Of a stretch of DNA of 64,000 nt, positions 51,167-63,436 are shown piece after piece. The notes under the pieces were generated by a model. It was not told the DNA's origin and did not search any database. It worked only from the letters and a program-made list of their open reading frames with translations. Within the stretch, counting starts at the first letter, position 1. Each line of letters starts with the position of its first letter. A program made the position numbers and the translations under genes. The stretch lies in NCBI GenBank assembly GCA_965153285.1, contig OZ229115.1; one strand, 5' to 3'. The DNA comes from Podarcis tiliguerta (Eukaryota).

Positions 51167-54100
51167 ATCCTCTGTTTATTCCTCTCACACATCTACAACT
51201 ACAAATCTCATGGTGGTTAATTTCAGTACCCGTTAACTATAACTAATAAGGTATTTAGGAAATTATTGCCTGATTATTAAAGTTTGATTGCTACTGATAG
51301 TGGTCCCCTCTGGTGGAGAAGTTCATAGCAAATTTATTACAGAGAGAGAGAGAGAAGACTGACAGTCACATTGAAAGTCACCTCTTAAATCATTACAATA
51401 TTAATTGTATAGATCGTATTTAACTTTTGGGACCAAATTCATGACACACACAAGATCAAAATCATGACAAGATTCAAGCAAACACTCGTGCTTCTAGATC
51501 TGCTCATGTTCCTATACATACATACAACTCACAAACCTGTATCTTATCCATGTTGTCACAGAAGCTACTCAAACTCGCATTGCCCAAACCATAAGTGTAA
51601 ACATTTCCTGTTACAAAGCTAAAAAGAAGCAGAGAAAGTGCCTTATATCGGGTGAAGATGGGCAGGGAAAAGGTACTATGGGAAAAAGCTCAAATGCAAA
51701 TCCCTGGTCTTTGGAGCAGCACTAGAGTTCAGAGACAGCGAGATTATGGGAATGAGCAAGATAGAGGTAGGAGGAAGACATTAATAATTACCTGTCCCAA
51801 GGAAGGGAGAGTAAAGAGTTTTATTGCTTTCAGAGTTTTACTGTGACCTGCGGGTGCAAGGTCAGGGCTGGGTCTCGGACTCTCAGCAAAAACTAAGCAC
51901 AAATTATTTGAGGCTAATCCGCCTGGACATCATTAACAGCAAGCTTGTGAGCTTTCAGTAAACGAGCAGAAAAACATTTTCTAGTCTCAACTGTGCCTTA
52001 GCTCAGGGTAGGCTAGGTTTCATAAATTCCCACTGAGATAAATCCTCTCCCTACCCTAGGTAGGCTACCTTTCAGGGTAACACTGGCTTGTGCTTCCTGC
52101 AAGGGTCTTGACTGATGTAAGAGGAGGAAATGGGCATGGCTAAGAAGCAGGGAAGCAGAAAGGAGGCAAGATTTGTGATCCAGGTAAGCTGAAGAAGTAG
52201 TCTGACTCCCAATGGCATCCATGGTGTCAGAGAGTTGGAACAGGATGTTGTGGAAGAGCATCCTGGAGGATTTCAAAAAGCTGAATGAATAGAGACATGG
52301 GACAGCTTCAGTGGAGAAAGATTGGTCATAGTGGAGAATGAGAAGTGTCCAGTTAGTTGTAAGAAAGAAACTTCTTGATGGGCATGAGCTGTAACACAAA
52401 GAGTGATCTCATTAAGGACAGGGCTGGAAGGAAGGGGCATTGAATGCCAAGGATATAGCTGTCAATAAACATCACAATACAATTTTCCTGCCAGAGAGAG
52501 GCAGGGAGGTCATGAGAGAGCTCTGGTTAATCAAAACTCACAGCCAGGTGACTGAGATGTCCCTCATTGGGAAAGGTGGGGATGTTTCCAAAGGAATATA
52601 ATCCAATTAGTGGGAGAAGATGCTTGCTGGAGGATGGCCTATTGTTACTTTCCTAGAGTTAATTGATAATTGAATAAGAGTTTAGTGGCAAAAGTTCCAG
52701 GAACTAATTAGGCTTGAGCATATGTCTTTCAGACCCTTGCACAGTTCAATCTCAAGTACTGTTGTTGTTGGGGACTTTCTTTAGCTTACTGCTAAACTGG
52801 GATGCGCTTAAATTTGAACAACAATCACTTTCTCTGATTCACCACAATGGCACCAGGTGCGCTGCTCAGAGCAAAGCTAAAATGCACACACAGTCTCCGG
52901 GCAAGTGCAGAGTTTCAGTTTAACTGAGTTCTCAGCAACACTAGATAACAAAAGATAGAACCACCTTCGCTTTTAACAATTTGGAAGCTCAAAATGCAGT
53001 GGTTGACAATTAGCAACATCTTGATGAATGTCTGTATTTCTGGTTCTGACCAGCAACCAAACTTTTGGCGGTTCAAAATGCCTGGATTCCTACTGCCCCC
53101 TTAACTCTGGGGCACAGATGCAGCTTCTCATTAATATGAGGTAGTGTAGCAGACTAGCAATTGTGGAGGACATGATGAAGGCTGGACCACTACTGTGGGT
53201 GAGGCAGAGGATACCAGTTGAAGCCAAAGGCTGTTAAGGGCTGAGCTTCCTGATTCATTTGAGTCATTGTGCTTAACAAACACTGTGATAATTTCCTAGT
53301 GCACTACAGGGAAGAAAGACAGATTGATAGTTACTTCTCCTTTTCTGGTCTAAGAGTAAGCAGTAGAACATTGTGCCCTTGAAATCTGTAGAAGAGAGTG
53401 TTGGTTTCACTGTTGCAGCTGGTTGACAGAAGACTGCATATTGGCAATGAAATGTTCAAAGAGGTATGAGCTGAAATCAGCTAAAACAAGGAAAGGTTCA
53501 CCAATGCAAGTGAGGCGGCAACCAGCTCTGTCAGAAATGCATAAACATAATGCTGAGGCAGGCCACATATTGACCTGGAAGATTGATTTCACGGCCTCCT
53601 AGAAGGAACATTAACTGTCTATGGCTGGAGTCTGAAGGTGTACTTCGCTCTGGGCTTTCACTGCTCTTTAGATCTGGAGTCTTTGCATCAAAGGTCATCA
53701 AGATCAGCCAGTATATGATCCAAGTTAGGGGCCTGTCAGAAGAAAATCTCAGAAACAAATCACCCTGTAGCAGCAGCATTAGTTCCAGGTAGTTTAATGG
53801 GCCCGGGGTGCTTTGAAACAAGAGCTGCTCTTTATGTTTTAGGGAGATATGATGGAATGCCACCTAAGAATAAGAGTTTTCTGGAAGCCCTGGTTACAGG
53901 CCTCTGATTACTTGTGCTATAGATTAACAGGAAAAATACTAACAGAATATTAGGGAGCAGGTTCATTATATTCTTTAAACACAGTGAAACACAGTAGTAC
54001 GTCTTGGGGCTTTTTATGTTAAATCTGCACATTAGCCCTTGCCCATTTCCCACATGCTTGTGGCTGCATCTGATATACTTCATACAGGCTAGAGATGCAT

Positions 54101-56741
54101 GCCCTTGTAAATGTCAAGGTCAAACACAAATATATTGTACAGCACTTCCCCTGCAGTTCCCATGGACTCCCCATAGGCTCTGATGGACCCAGTTCCATAT
54201 TAAGGGGAAATCAAAGCAAAAGTTCTCTCACGCAGCAAACCCACTGCACTACATCCCAACAAATAAGCATGCATGTCCTGATAATACGTTAAATACTTTG
54301 CGGTATGGAGCTAGAAACAACACCTGTTAGAAACAAGGTAATTCCGGAAAGAAACGAGTACCAGAATGAGGAGGGAAGAGGATGCACAAATCTTTTTTGC
54401 AGGTTGCGATAAGGGAGAGCAGGGATTTTGCTTACATTCTGACCCCACTTGAGTAGCACCTACACACAGATCCTTAGTTTCTTATAAACATGCCACATAA
54501 ATCCACGTGACTCTTAAGAAACAAATACCGCATCCATATAAAATACAATCCAGATTCCATCAGAGGCTGTTCTGTATTTGTGTCTCTCCCCACCCCCCCA
54601 GCAGTTTCCAAAGTGTAGAAGAGTTTGCAAATTGTATCATGCTGTTCCTGTTAATGCAGCTCAGGCTGTTGAGGGTCCTCATCCCCAGTCAGAGCAGGAG
54701 TCAAGTAGATTTGCTAGGAAACTGTTCTGACTTCTGCAATGTTTCCCCTCCTCCTCTAGCTTATTTTCCATTGACACCTCTAGCCTGGTTTTCTGGTTCT
54801 TGGCAGGGTTAACTGGCAGACCCAGCAGGGGGAAAAGGAATGTCTCTGCCCCCTAACCGATTTCCTTTTATCACTGCTTGCTGTCCAGTTTGCAATGAAC
54901 AGTTGGCTCCTGAAAGGGTTACATTGCCAGTTCAACATGCAGGCGATTTATTACAATTCCACGATGAGGCCTAGTTTATACCACACAGACACAAAAGTGT
55001 GACCTGCAGCTGTAGAAAAGTTGTTGCCACCGTGAAAGAGCACAGGTAGTTCATTGAAGCGACACTATTTAGACTCTCGCCAAGCAGAGCAAGATGGTCT
55101 AGAGATCTCAGCAGATCAGGAAATCTTGATCTTGTCAGCCCAGCTAAGGCAACCATAAATAAAAACAGCCCTAGGGATTGTTCTCAGTTTCACCAACAGG
55201 GACCACTTTGTTCCCTGCAGTGGGTTAAGGTGGGGGGAGGGCTGTTTTGTTTTTAACAGGCCAAATGACTCGATCATGTCAAGAAATACAACTGGCCATT
55301 AAGTGAATTGGTATGAGGAAGCCTCAGCTCACTGCCGATATCTATGAAGTTGTAATTCTTAAACTGCTTCAGAACAGAACATAAAGCATAAAAGTGATTG
55401 CATTAAACAGAAGCTGGGACTTTCAGGAAACAGTTTAAGATGGACAAAGCACTGTGCAGCTCAAGATGGAAACCTGGTGTCTGTTAACTTCATTATTCAG
55501 CATGACACACACACCCCTCCTTTAAACCTATTCGATATGATTGCATTTGCCCCCAGGAGCACATAACCATTTACCCTCCTACTCAATGAAGAAATCTAAA
55601 ATAACTCGGTTTGAAAATGATGATGGGACCACTTTTTTCTGAAAAGGACATCTATTTGCTTAAATTTTGCAGGATACTTTTAAGAGAATGTCAGAAAGAA
55701 GTTTTGCCAATTTTTGATGGAAGGGAAGGGGAAGAAACCTTTATTTTGGCAGAAGGTGTTGTGCGACCTTCTGTCTCAACAGGCTCAGATCAACCTCCAA
55801 GCCTATAGGAATATGTGCCATTATAAATTTATTTTAAACAATTTACATCCCATCTTCTTTCCATGCGAGAAGCAGAGGCAGCAAGATTTCACACCATACC
55901 CTGGAACCACAACTGGGGAATGACCCTGCTAATCCACTAGTTACAGCATACATGGATATCAATTTAGACATAAGTTGAGGCGGGTGGGCAACTGCACCAG
56001 CAACGATAAAGGTCTGTCCCCACAGGGTACAAATGTGTTATGTATGAACCCCAACCCAATTTTCTTCATCAAAATTTTAATATAGATTTAACATGTGCCA
56101 GGCAGTAGTGATTGGCTCCATGGGGTTCCAAGAGCAGACTATCTGAAAAGTAGCCTACTGCTTGCTCACATTCCCCTGTTACCTTCTTTGGCTGGAGCTT
56201 ACCATGCACTGCTTTATATCAGTATTTACTCAGCCCTTTTTATGGAACACATACTGTTTTAGATATAAGTGGTGCTATTACAGGCTCACAAAAACAACAT
56301 GCGCTCAGCATTCTTAAAACATTGGCCCAAGCTCTGGTTTTTGGTGGGTTTTTAAAAATATCATTATTGCTACATTTCTACAGCATTCTCTGGCTTTACT
56401 CTTTCGAGGAACAACACATCTAAACTGCGTGGCTGCTTTTGGTTTCCTGACGCTGGGTGGCTGCATTTTGTTTCTATTCATTTTTAATTTACAAGCAGGT
56501 GTTTGAAAGGAGCCATCCCAGTAAGAGGCCCATTGATTTATGTTCTATTCCAGTAAGTTTCCTTTATTAAAAATGGCACCAGCAGGAGTAGCTTCTAAAA
56601 ATGAAGGTCTCCTATTGGTTTGACAATATGCTTGCATAGTTCACCTGCTCACATCTCACCCAACTGATTTTTAATTATTTATTTATTCACATTTTTTATT
56701 TATTCACATTATGTATGCATTGTGAGGATACAGGGTATGTA

Positions 56742-57726
56742 CCGTATTTTTCGCCCTATAGGACGCACCGTCCCATAAGGCGCACCTAGTTTTTTGGGGG
56801 GGAAATAAAGGAAAAAAATTATTTCCCCCCCAGGCGCGAGGTTGGGGAAGCCCGAGCTTCCCCCGACCCCAGCCCCCAAACAGGCAGCTCTCTGCAAGCC
56901 GTGGGAGCCCAGTGCTGGCTCCCACTGCTAGCGGAGAGGTCCGCGAAGCCTGGACGCGCTGAGCTCAGCGCGCGCAGGCTTCGGCATGCAGGCACCTCTC
57001 CGCCAGCAGCGGGAGCGCTCCCGCTGCTAGCGGAGAGGTCCGCGAAGCCTGGGCGCGCTGAGCTCAGCGCGCGCAGGCTTCGGCATGCAGGCACCTCTCC
57101 GCCAGCAGCGGGAGCGCTCCCGCTGCTGGCGGAGAGGTCCGCGAAGCCTGGGCGCGCTGAGCTCAGCGCGCGCAGGCTTCGGCATGCAGGCACCTCTCCG
57201 CCAGCAGCGGGAGCGCTCCCGCTGCTGGCGGAGAGGTCCGCGAAGCCTGGGCGCGCTGAGCTCAGCGCGCGCAGGCTTCGGCATGCAGGCACCTCTCCGC
57301 CAGCAGCGGGAGCGCTCCCGCTGCTGGCGGAGAGGTCCGCGAAGCCTGGGCGCGCTGAGCTCAGCGCGCGCAGGCTTCGGCATGCAGGCACCTCTCCGCC
57401 AGCAGCGGGAGCGCTCCCGCTGCTAGCGGAGAGGTCCGCGAAGCCTGGGCGCGCTGAGCTCAGCGCGCGCAGGCTTCGGCATGCAGGCACCTCTCCGCCA
57501 GCAGCGGGAGCGCTCCCGCTGCTAGCGGAGAGGTCCGCGAAGCCTGGGCCCGCTGAGCTAAGCGCGCGCAGGCTTCGGCATGCAGGCACCTCTCCGCCAG
57601 CAGCGGGAGCGCTCCCGCTGCTAGCGGAGAGGTCCGCGAAGCCTGCATTCGCCCCATAGGACGCACCCAGATTTCCCCTTCATTTTTGGAGGGGAAAAAG
57701 TGCGTCCTATAGGGCGAAAAATACGG
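56742..57726. mobile_element. Young Tc2/pogo-type (CCGTA-terminus) MITE carrying a tandem array
   Basis: Perfect 27-bp TIR ccgtatttttcgccctataggacgcac (56742-56768) / gtgcgtcctatagggcgaaaaatacgg (57700-57726); TA at 56740-41 and 57727-28; subterminal TIR-like repeats at about 56769-56787 and 57648-57667. Confidence 0.93.
56922..57645. repeat. 99-bp palindromic GC/CpG-rich minisatellite, about 7.3 copies
   Basis: Units start at 56922, 57021, 57120, 57219, 57318, 57417, 57516 and 57615 (partial); unit ccgctgctRgcggagaggtccgcgaagcctgggcgcgctgagctcagcgcgcgcaggcttcggcatgcaggcacctctccgccagcagcgggagcgctc. Confidence 0.97.
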
Positions 57727-60700
57727 TAAGCAACTCAGCTCTGGTTAATACATTTGCATGAAATAGTGGGGCATAGGGTCCCTCTTTGCAAATAACCTCC
57801 CATCTGAGCCAGACCCTATGGGGGAATGCCTGGAAGATACAGAGGCCTGCTTCACTTGATTCTTTCGGGGAAGGCGGTCTGTGAACTGGACTGCCATGAG
57901 ACTGAGCTCACACAGGCAAGAGTTTTCTACGTGGAAGAAGGGAGGGGTTTGTGTCCTGTTTTGCCAGTGCTTCTGCAGTACGGATGCTGACTGCCAAAGG
58001 GCTGTTTAACACTTTGCACAGCCAACATGATTTCAGCATGTCTATCACAATGAACACCATACCAAATGAAAGGGAGACTCATCCCGGTGAATGCGCTGAA
58101 AGCAAAATGGGTATGTTACAGTTGAGGTGCGGCCCTAAGCAGAAAAGACTAAACGAGAGGTGAAGGCGGGGCGGTTGAAATGAATTTGCCCATTAACCTA
58201 CAGCAGGGCGGGGGCGGGGGGGGGCTACTTTTCCACTGAACTGTTATTGAGAAATGAAATGACATGATTTTAATTATGCTGATCTCGTGTTGTACTCTGG
58301 CTAATTAACATTGCCCCACTGGTAGAAAAGCAACCACAACAGACAGCAGAACCAATCCCAAGTGAATTAGCCTATTTAACTGTAGCAGTTCTTTGTTGGC
58401 CTATCAGCTCTGTGAAAGAATACTGTATCACCTTTCCCTTTACTACAGTGTAAAGAGCATAGCCAAGAATAAGCATTCCCTCAATGCCTTTCTTAGGTTT
58501 CTTTTCCACCCTATTTTCAAAGCAGTTGGCAAAATATCCTATTTTATTTAACCATTCAACCTTGTTAGACTGAGGGACAAAAGTCTTGCCTAAGAATGAC
58601 TTGGAGGGGTCAGTTCTTCAGTATTCCATGCTCAACTATTTTATGCTCTACAATGTTGGTTTTTTATTTATTTCTTTTTTTGTTCTGCAGTGTTTCAGAA
58701 ATGCCCCTGCAACACGATCATCTATTGACATAGCTCCCGGCACCTAATGATTGTGAGACCCACCACTGGCACCTCAGTTACACTTCCACACAAAATCCTA
58801 AACAACTCCTGCAATGTTAGAAGGAGGCCCAAAGAACACCTATGAATGAATAGATGACATCAGTGAACATTTTGGAGTGATTTACAGCAGCTTTGGTATC
58901 AAACAAATGTGGTGCCTGGAAACTATCCTAAAGGGACGCCAAGAGAGCTTTTGAGCCGGTTTTAAAACTCTGTTGATTGCTGTTTTGACAATAAATAATC
59001 CCAGAAGGGAGTTACTGAACAGATTGCAGCACTGGAGGATTTTGAAACAGAGAATACAAAAAAAAGGGCGGACCATTTCTCCAAGGACTGACAGACAGTA
59101 TGTCCATTACATTTGTGCTGCACTGGGTGATGACGAACATATATTCCCTATGGGATACAAGGAAACATATATCCATGCTGCATAAAGACTCAATGCCTGT
59201 TTACAGCATTAAGATTTAGAGGTTGCCATGCCCAGGTTTCATCCTAAGACTGTTAATCTTTGATGATGATTTTCCAGTTAAAATCCCTAGACCAGTCACA
59301 GATTCTTGTATTTCTCTGTGAAATCTCTAGTCTGATGGGCACTCTGTCAGCAACTCCACGCTAGAATGTTGTTGGTTCAGATCCACCTCTGCCCTTGCTC
59401 TCTACTCCTCCAAGGTTGTGACTTAGTGCTGGTGGCTTGTTTCCATATGCTACACCTGCTCACAAGCCACAGGCAGATTAAAGAGAAGTTAAGACTCCCT
59501 GATCTCGTCATGGACTTGTTCAAATGTAAACAAGTCTGAGTGGCAATCAGGTCATCTGTAAACATGATCCTATTATACCAATCTAAAGAATGTTTCTGGA
59601 ATTTTGTGAACTAATGCAATATACAACAATATTGTTGGGAATCACACTGCCCAACTATACAAGGTGGAGAGACATTTGGTATGGTATACCCTGTTTCCCT
59701 AAAACAGACTCTAATAGGAACCTGGCTGCAATGCAAAAGCTGAGGACAAAAACACCTGCCTGAGTTGAGTCACCGTCCAGTTTTCCCTCAACATGCTGAT
59801 TGGGAAGCAACAGCTAGTTTTTTTAATTTTTATTTTGATGTGACAAGAGCTAGGCTGGCTTTGGAGTTGATTAACATCATCTGTTGCTGCCTGTGCACTT
59901 GTCCCTGCACCCTCATATGTACAGGTGTTGGTTCATGATACACATTTATAAACAAATGGGTTGTTGTTGTTGTTTTTTTTAAAAAATACCCTATAACCCT
60001 TGTACCTCACACCCCGTAGGTACCCCGTAGGCAGAAACACACCCCGTAAAGATTGTTCCTGAACTTCCCACTATAATGAGATGATGACACTGAAAGAAAT
60101 ATTGCAGAAAGGTTTGCAGAACAACTTTGTAGTATGAAGTTATCTTTTAAGAATGCCCTTCTTCAATACAACAAAAACCCAAATGTAAACCAAGCTTTGC
60201 CTCCTATAACAACAACAAAGTAAATGTCCAGATCAACTGATCCCTAACTTGACTCACAAACTTCAGCTACAATCAATGGCAGCGTGAAACGTTCCATAAA
60301 TATTGTGAGAATGCGAAAACACCTGCAACAGCAAGCAATTAACTCCTTCCTTTTATTAAAGCCTCGTTTAAATCCAGCTACATACTTCCACAGTGACTGC
60401 TAACCTTGAATTCACATTGGCAAGTGTGTCCGCAACTGGCTTTCTGTGTGGATCACTTTTGAGAACGTTTAAGACAAATGTCTGCCTGTTCTTCAGTCAC
60501 CTCTTTCCTAACCAATAAGCCGTGAAGCTACTGAAATCATTGGCAAAATTACTCTTGATGTTAACGGGGGATGGTTTGGCATAGCACACTGCAGTAAGGG
60601 GATGAATTGAGGCTGATGCATATACTAGGCTGATCCTGGCATGGTCTGACAGGCTAGTGCTCCAGTTTATGCCTGATGAGGATATAACCCAAAGAGAAGA

Positions 60701-62337
60701 ATGGAGCAGAGACAAATGTCTTTCATCTATTTACAGCAGCATCTGTAACCCTAAATATGATTATTTGCTATCTTCTGTATGTAAGAAAAGGATGAATCTC
60801 AACCTATTATAGCTACAATGTGGATAATTTCTTTCCCCCAGCTATTACAGAAATGCTTGAATCACCATGATGATAACTACTGGCCACCATCGCTGCCTGC
60901 CAAGTGAAACTGAAGCTATAAAGATTTTAAAAGCAGGGGCAGTGGCTTGACTTTATTTCACAGCAACAAAGAAAACATACAAATATTTCTCCTGTAAGGA
61001 CATTTGGAGGAAGGAGGAAAATCTCGTTTTGTGCCACAAGAGGGCAGTTTAACTACAGACAAATGCGATCTATGCTGTTTAGGAATCACCCAGGAAAGAA
61101 GGTGATGGAGGAAGAGGAAAACTGCTTAGTTATCTGCTAGGTTATAGGATGATGGCATTTGACTGCAGAGATACAGAAAGATGCACCAAGCCAGTAGTTT
61201 GCAACAGAATTGCCTATTTGCCTGTTGTTGTTTTCTTTTTCTTTTTTTAAGTCATAGGGGCTAACCCATATATACTGCAAAAGGGGCAAACTGTAAGGAA
61301 AAACGAAGATCGTATTGACCAGATGCAGGACACATGGCATTGCTTTTCAAATGAAAAGCCACAAGAACATCAAAGCCCATGGGTCCAAATCAGTCTCCTA
61401 GATTGGACATGCATGACCCACCAACCCAAGTGCAGATCGCCAGCCATGCAGGACAGGACTGTTCATCGGGGCTTGAGAAACCTATGGGGATCCTTTCTTT
61501 TGCACTTTGGCTGGAACTGCCAAGCAGAAGGCAGAGATTGCTATGCATATATATGGGAGGCCACAATACAGGGATGGGAAGCTAAATCTGGCTTGGTGGT
61601 CACAAGTAGGGCTGGCCTGTCACTATATGTGCTCCTTAACTCCCCGTACTATTTCTGATCCCCTTTCTAGGGATCTTTCTCTTTACTTGCACTCTGCGTG
61701 GAGAGGGAAACCTTTAGGGCACCTTTGCAGATATAGCCACAAACTTTACTAGCAGAACACATTTTTATATGGTGAAATTATGCTCATTTGAGGCTTGAAA
61801 GCCACCCCCTCCCAAATAAACTCCCTATTTGCAGCCCCTTACCTGCACAGCTCCCTGATTTCACAGAGCTCCATGTGAACATGAGTCTTTCTGTGTGCAC
61901 TGGAGCTGCTGAAATCTTGTGACTGGTATCTGCCTCACACACGACGGCAATTACGGTTTTGGAATAACCCAGAAGGCTGTTTTAAGTTTGTCTGGTGTAA
62001 GTGTTTAAAGTTAGCAGGCACATAAATAAGCCAGGCACGGACAAACTGGGGATGAAGGTGTGTTTCTCAGACAGAGCTGGCAGCTGCCTTCGTTTATCGG
62101 CAGGCCATTTATCATCTCAAGAAAAATATTGACGGTTCACAAGATTCACACTTGCCCTGGCCCTGGGCTGAAGAAATGCTGTCTTCCAGGAAGGCTTTGA
62201 AAATGGAACCAAATCAAGGAACTGTGCCTCAAAAAGAAAGGGAGAGCATTGTATTAAGCAAGCAGAGGAAAGCAGGAAGACTTCTTGTGCGAAAAGGATA
62301 ACACTGGTGCCAGCCACTAGGAATACATTTCTAGTAG

Positions 62338-63436
62338 ATTCCATTCTTCTATCCCAACAAAAGTAGGCCTAAAAAGACTGATGAGGGAATATTCAGGATA
62401 TTGCCAGAGAGAACAGCTGGCCGTGAATTACAAGAAAACCCAAGTCATGGTTTTCTCAAGAAACTATAGAGCCCATAGCTGGTGCATGGACAACCAGCTC
62501 ATTGAACAGGTCAAAGTTTTCAAATATCTCGGCCTTATTTTCCAGTCTATGGGGTCATGGGGAGCACACCAGAAATGTGCAAAAGAAAAAGCATCCTAAA
62601 GTACCAAAATTCTGACACGCTTTTTCTACACAAAAGGTGGTAAACGTATACCATTAGCCCTGGAAGTGTTCCAAGCTAAACCCCTAGCACAGTTATTATA
62701 TGGGGCTCAGATTTGGACAGCCACTCAGCTTGGATCTATGGAAGCTGTCCAATCAAAGTTCTTAAGGCAAATTTTCTCTGTACCACCTCATTGCACCTAG
62801 AGGCTAATCTTCCCTCGGTAGGATTACAGATATGGCATAGGACATTTAACTATTGGCTTTGCCTAAACTGAAATCCCCCTGGTCTAATATCCCTAGTGCT
62901 GCAAGATTGTCACAAGAGTGCCTGGACTAAAACTGTCTATCAAAAACTTCACTCTTGTGGCTTATCACCACAACAGCTACTCACACTGGATTTTAGTAAA
63001 GCAAACAGTCTAATTAGTCAGCGCCTAAATGATATTAAGCGAGAGAACAACTTGGCCATAATAAGGAAATTTTGTCCATGGTACGACTATTTCCTACCTA
63101 CCCATTTCAACTTGGTGGTGCATGCCCTTCTGGCTTGCACTCTTTATAAAGACTTGAGGAATGAGGTTATCACCCCTCTTTTATTGTCCATTCCGGGTCA
63201 CCCAGCCACTGTCACAGTGTCCTTTCTTTTGGCAGATCAAGGTGAGCAGGTGACAGCAAAGATTGCAGGGTTTTTAGCTGGGGCAATTAGAATAAAATCC
63301 ACTATTTGACTATTGATTCAAAACCCAAAAATGTATTTTATATAATTGATTTTTTATCTTTATTCTTTGTATATTGTATTGTTGTTTTATTGCTATGGCC
63401 GGTGGCTGATGCAAATAAAGATTCATTCATTCATTT
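62338..63436 (+). mobile_element. 5'-truncated non-LTR retrotransposon (RTE-X-like), decayed ORF2 3' part
   Basis: Peptides GLKRLMREYSGYCQREQLAVNYKKTQVMVF...IEQVKVFKYLG (post-YADD RT/thumb region), LLYGAQIW and HALLAC (Zn-knuckle remnant); aataaa followed by an (ATTC)n tail; TSD atttctagtag (62327-62337) / atctctagtag (63437-63447). The clade assignment is less certain than the LINE call. Confidence 0.85.

Noticed and set aside
52013-52399. 128-aa minus ORF with a faint resemblance to L2 RT (STE.., LSDTMD)
   Set aside because: Similarity too weak to call by eye.
53407-53863. 110-aa minus ORF with a Ser/Pro-rich stretch
   Set aside because: No recognisable domain or convincing splice sites; length is within chance expectation.
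56922-57645. CRISPR-like array of palindromic repeats
   Set aside because: No unique spacers, no cas genes, and a vertebrate context; it is a pure tandem repeat.
56819-57666. Long ORFs (256, 252, 118, 113 aa) on both strands with 33-aa repeats
   Set aside because: By-product of a GC-rich, stop-poor 99-bp (multiple of 3) palindromic repeat inside a MITE; no protein-family signal.
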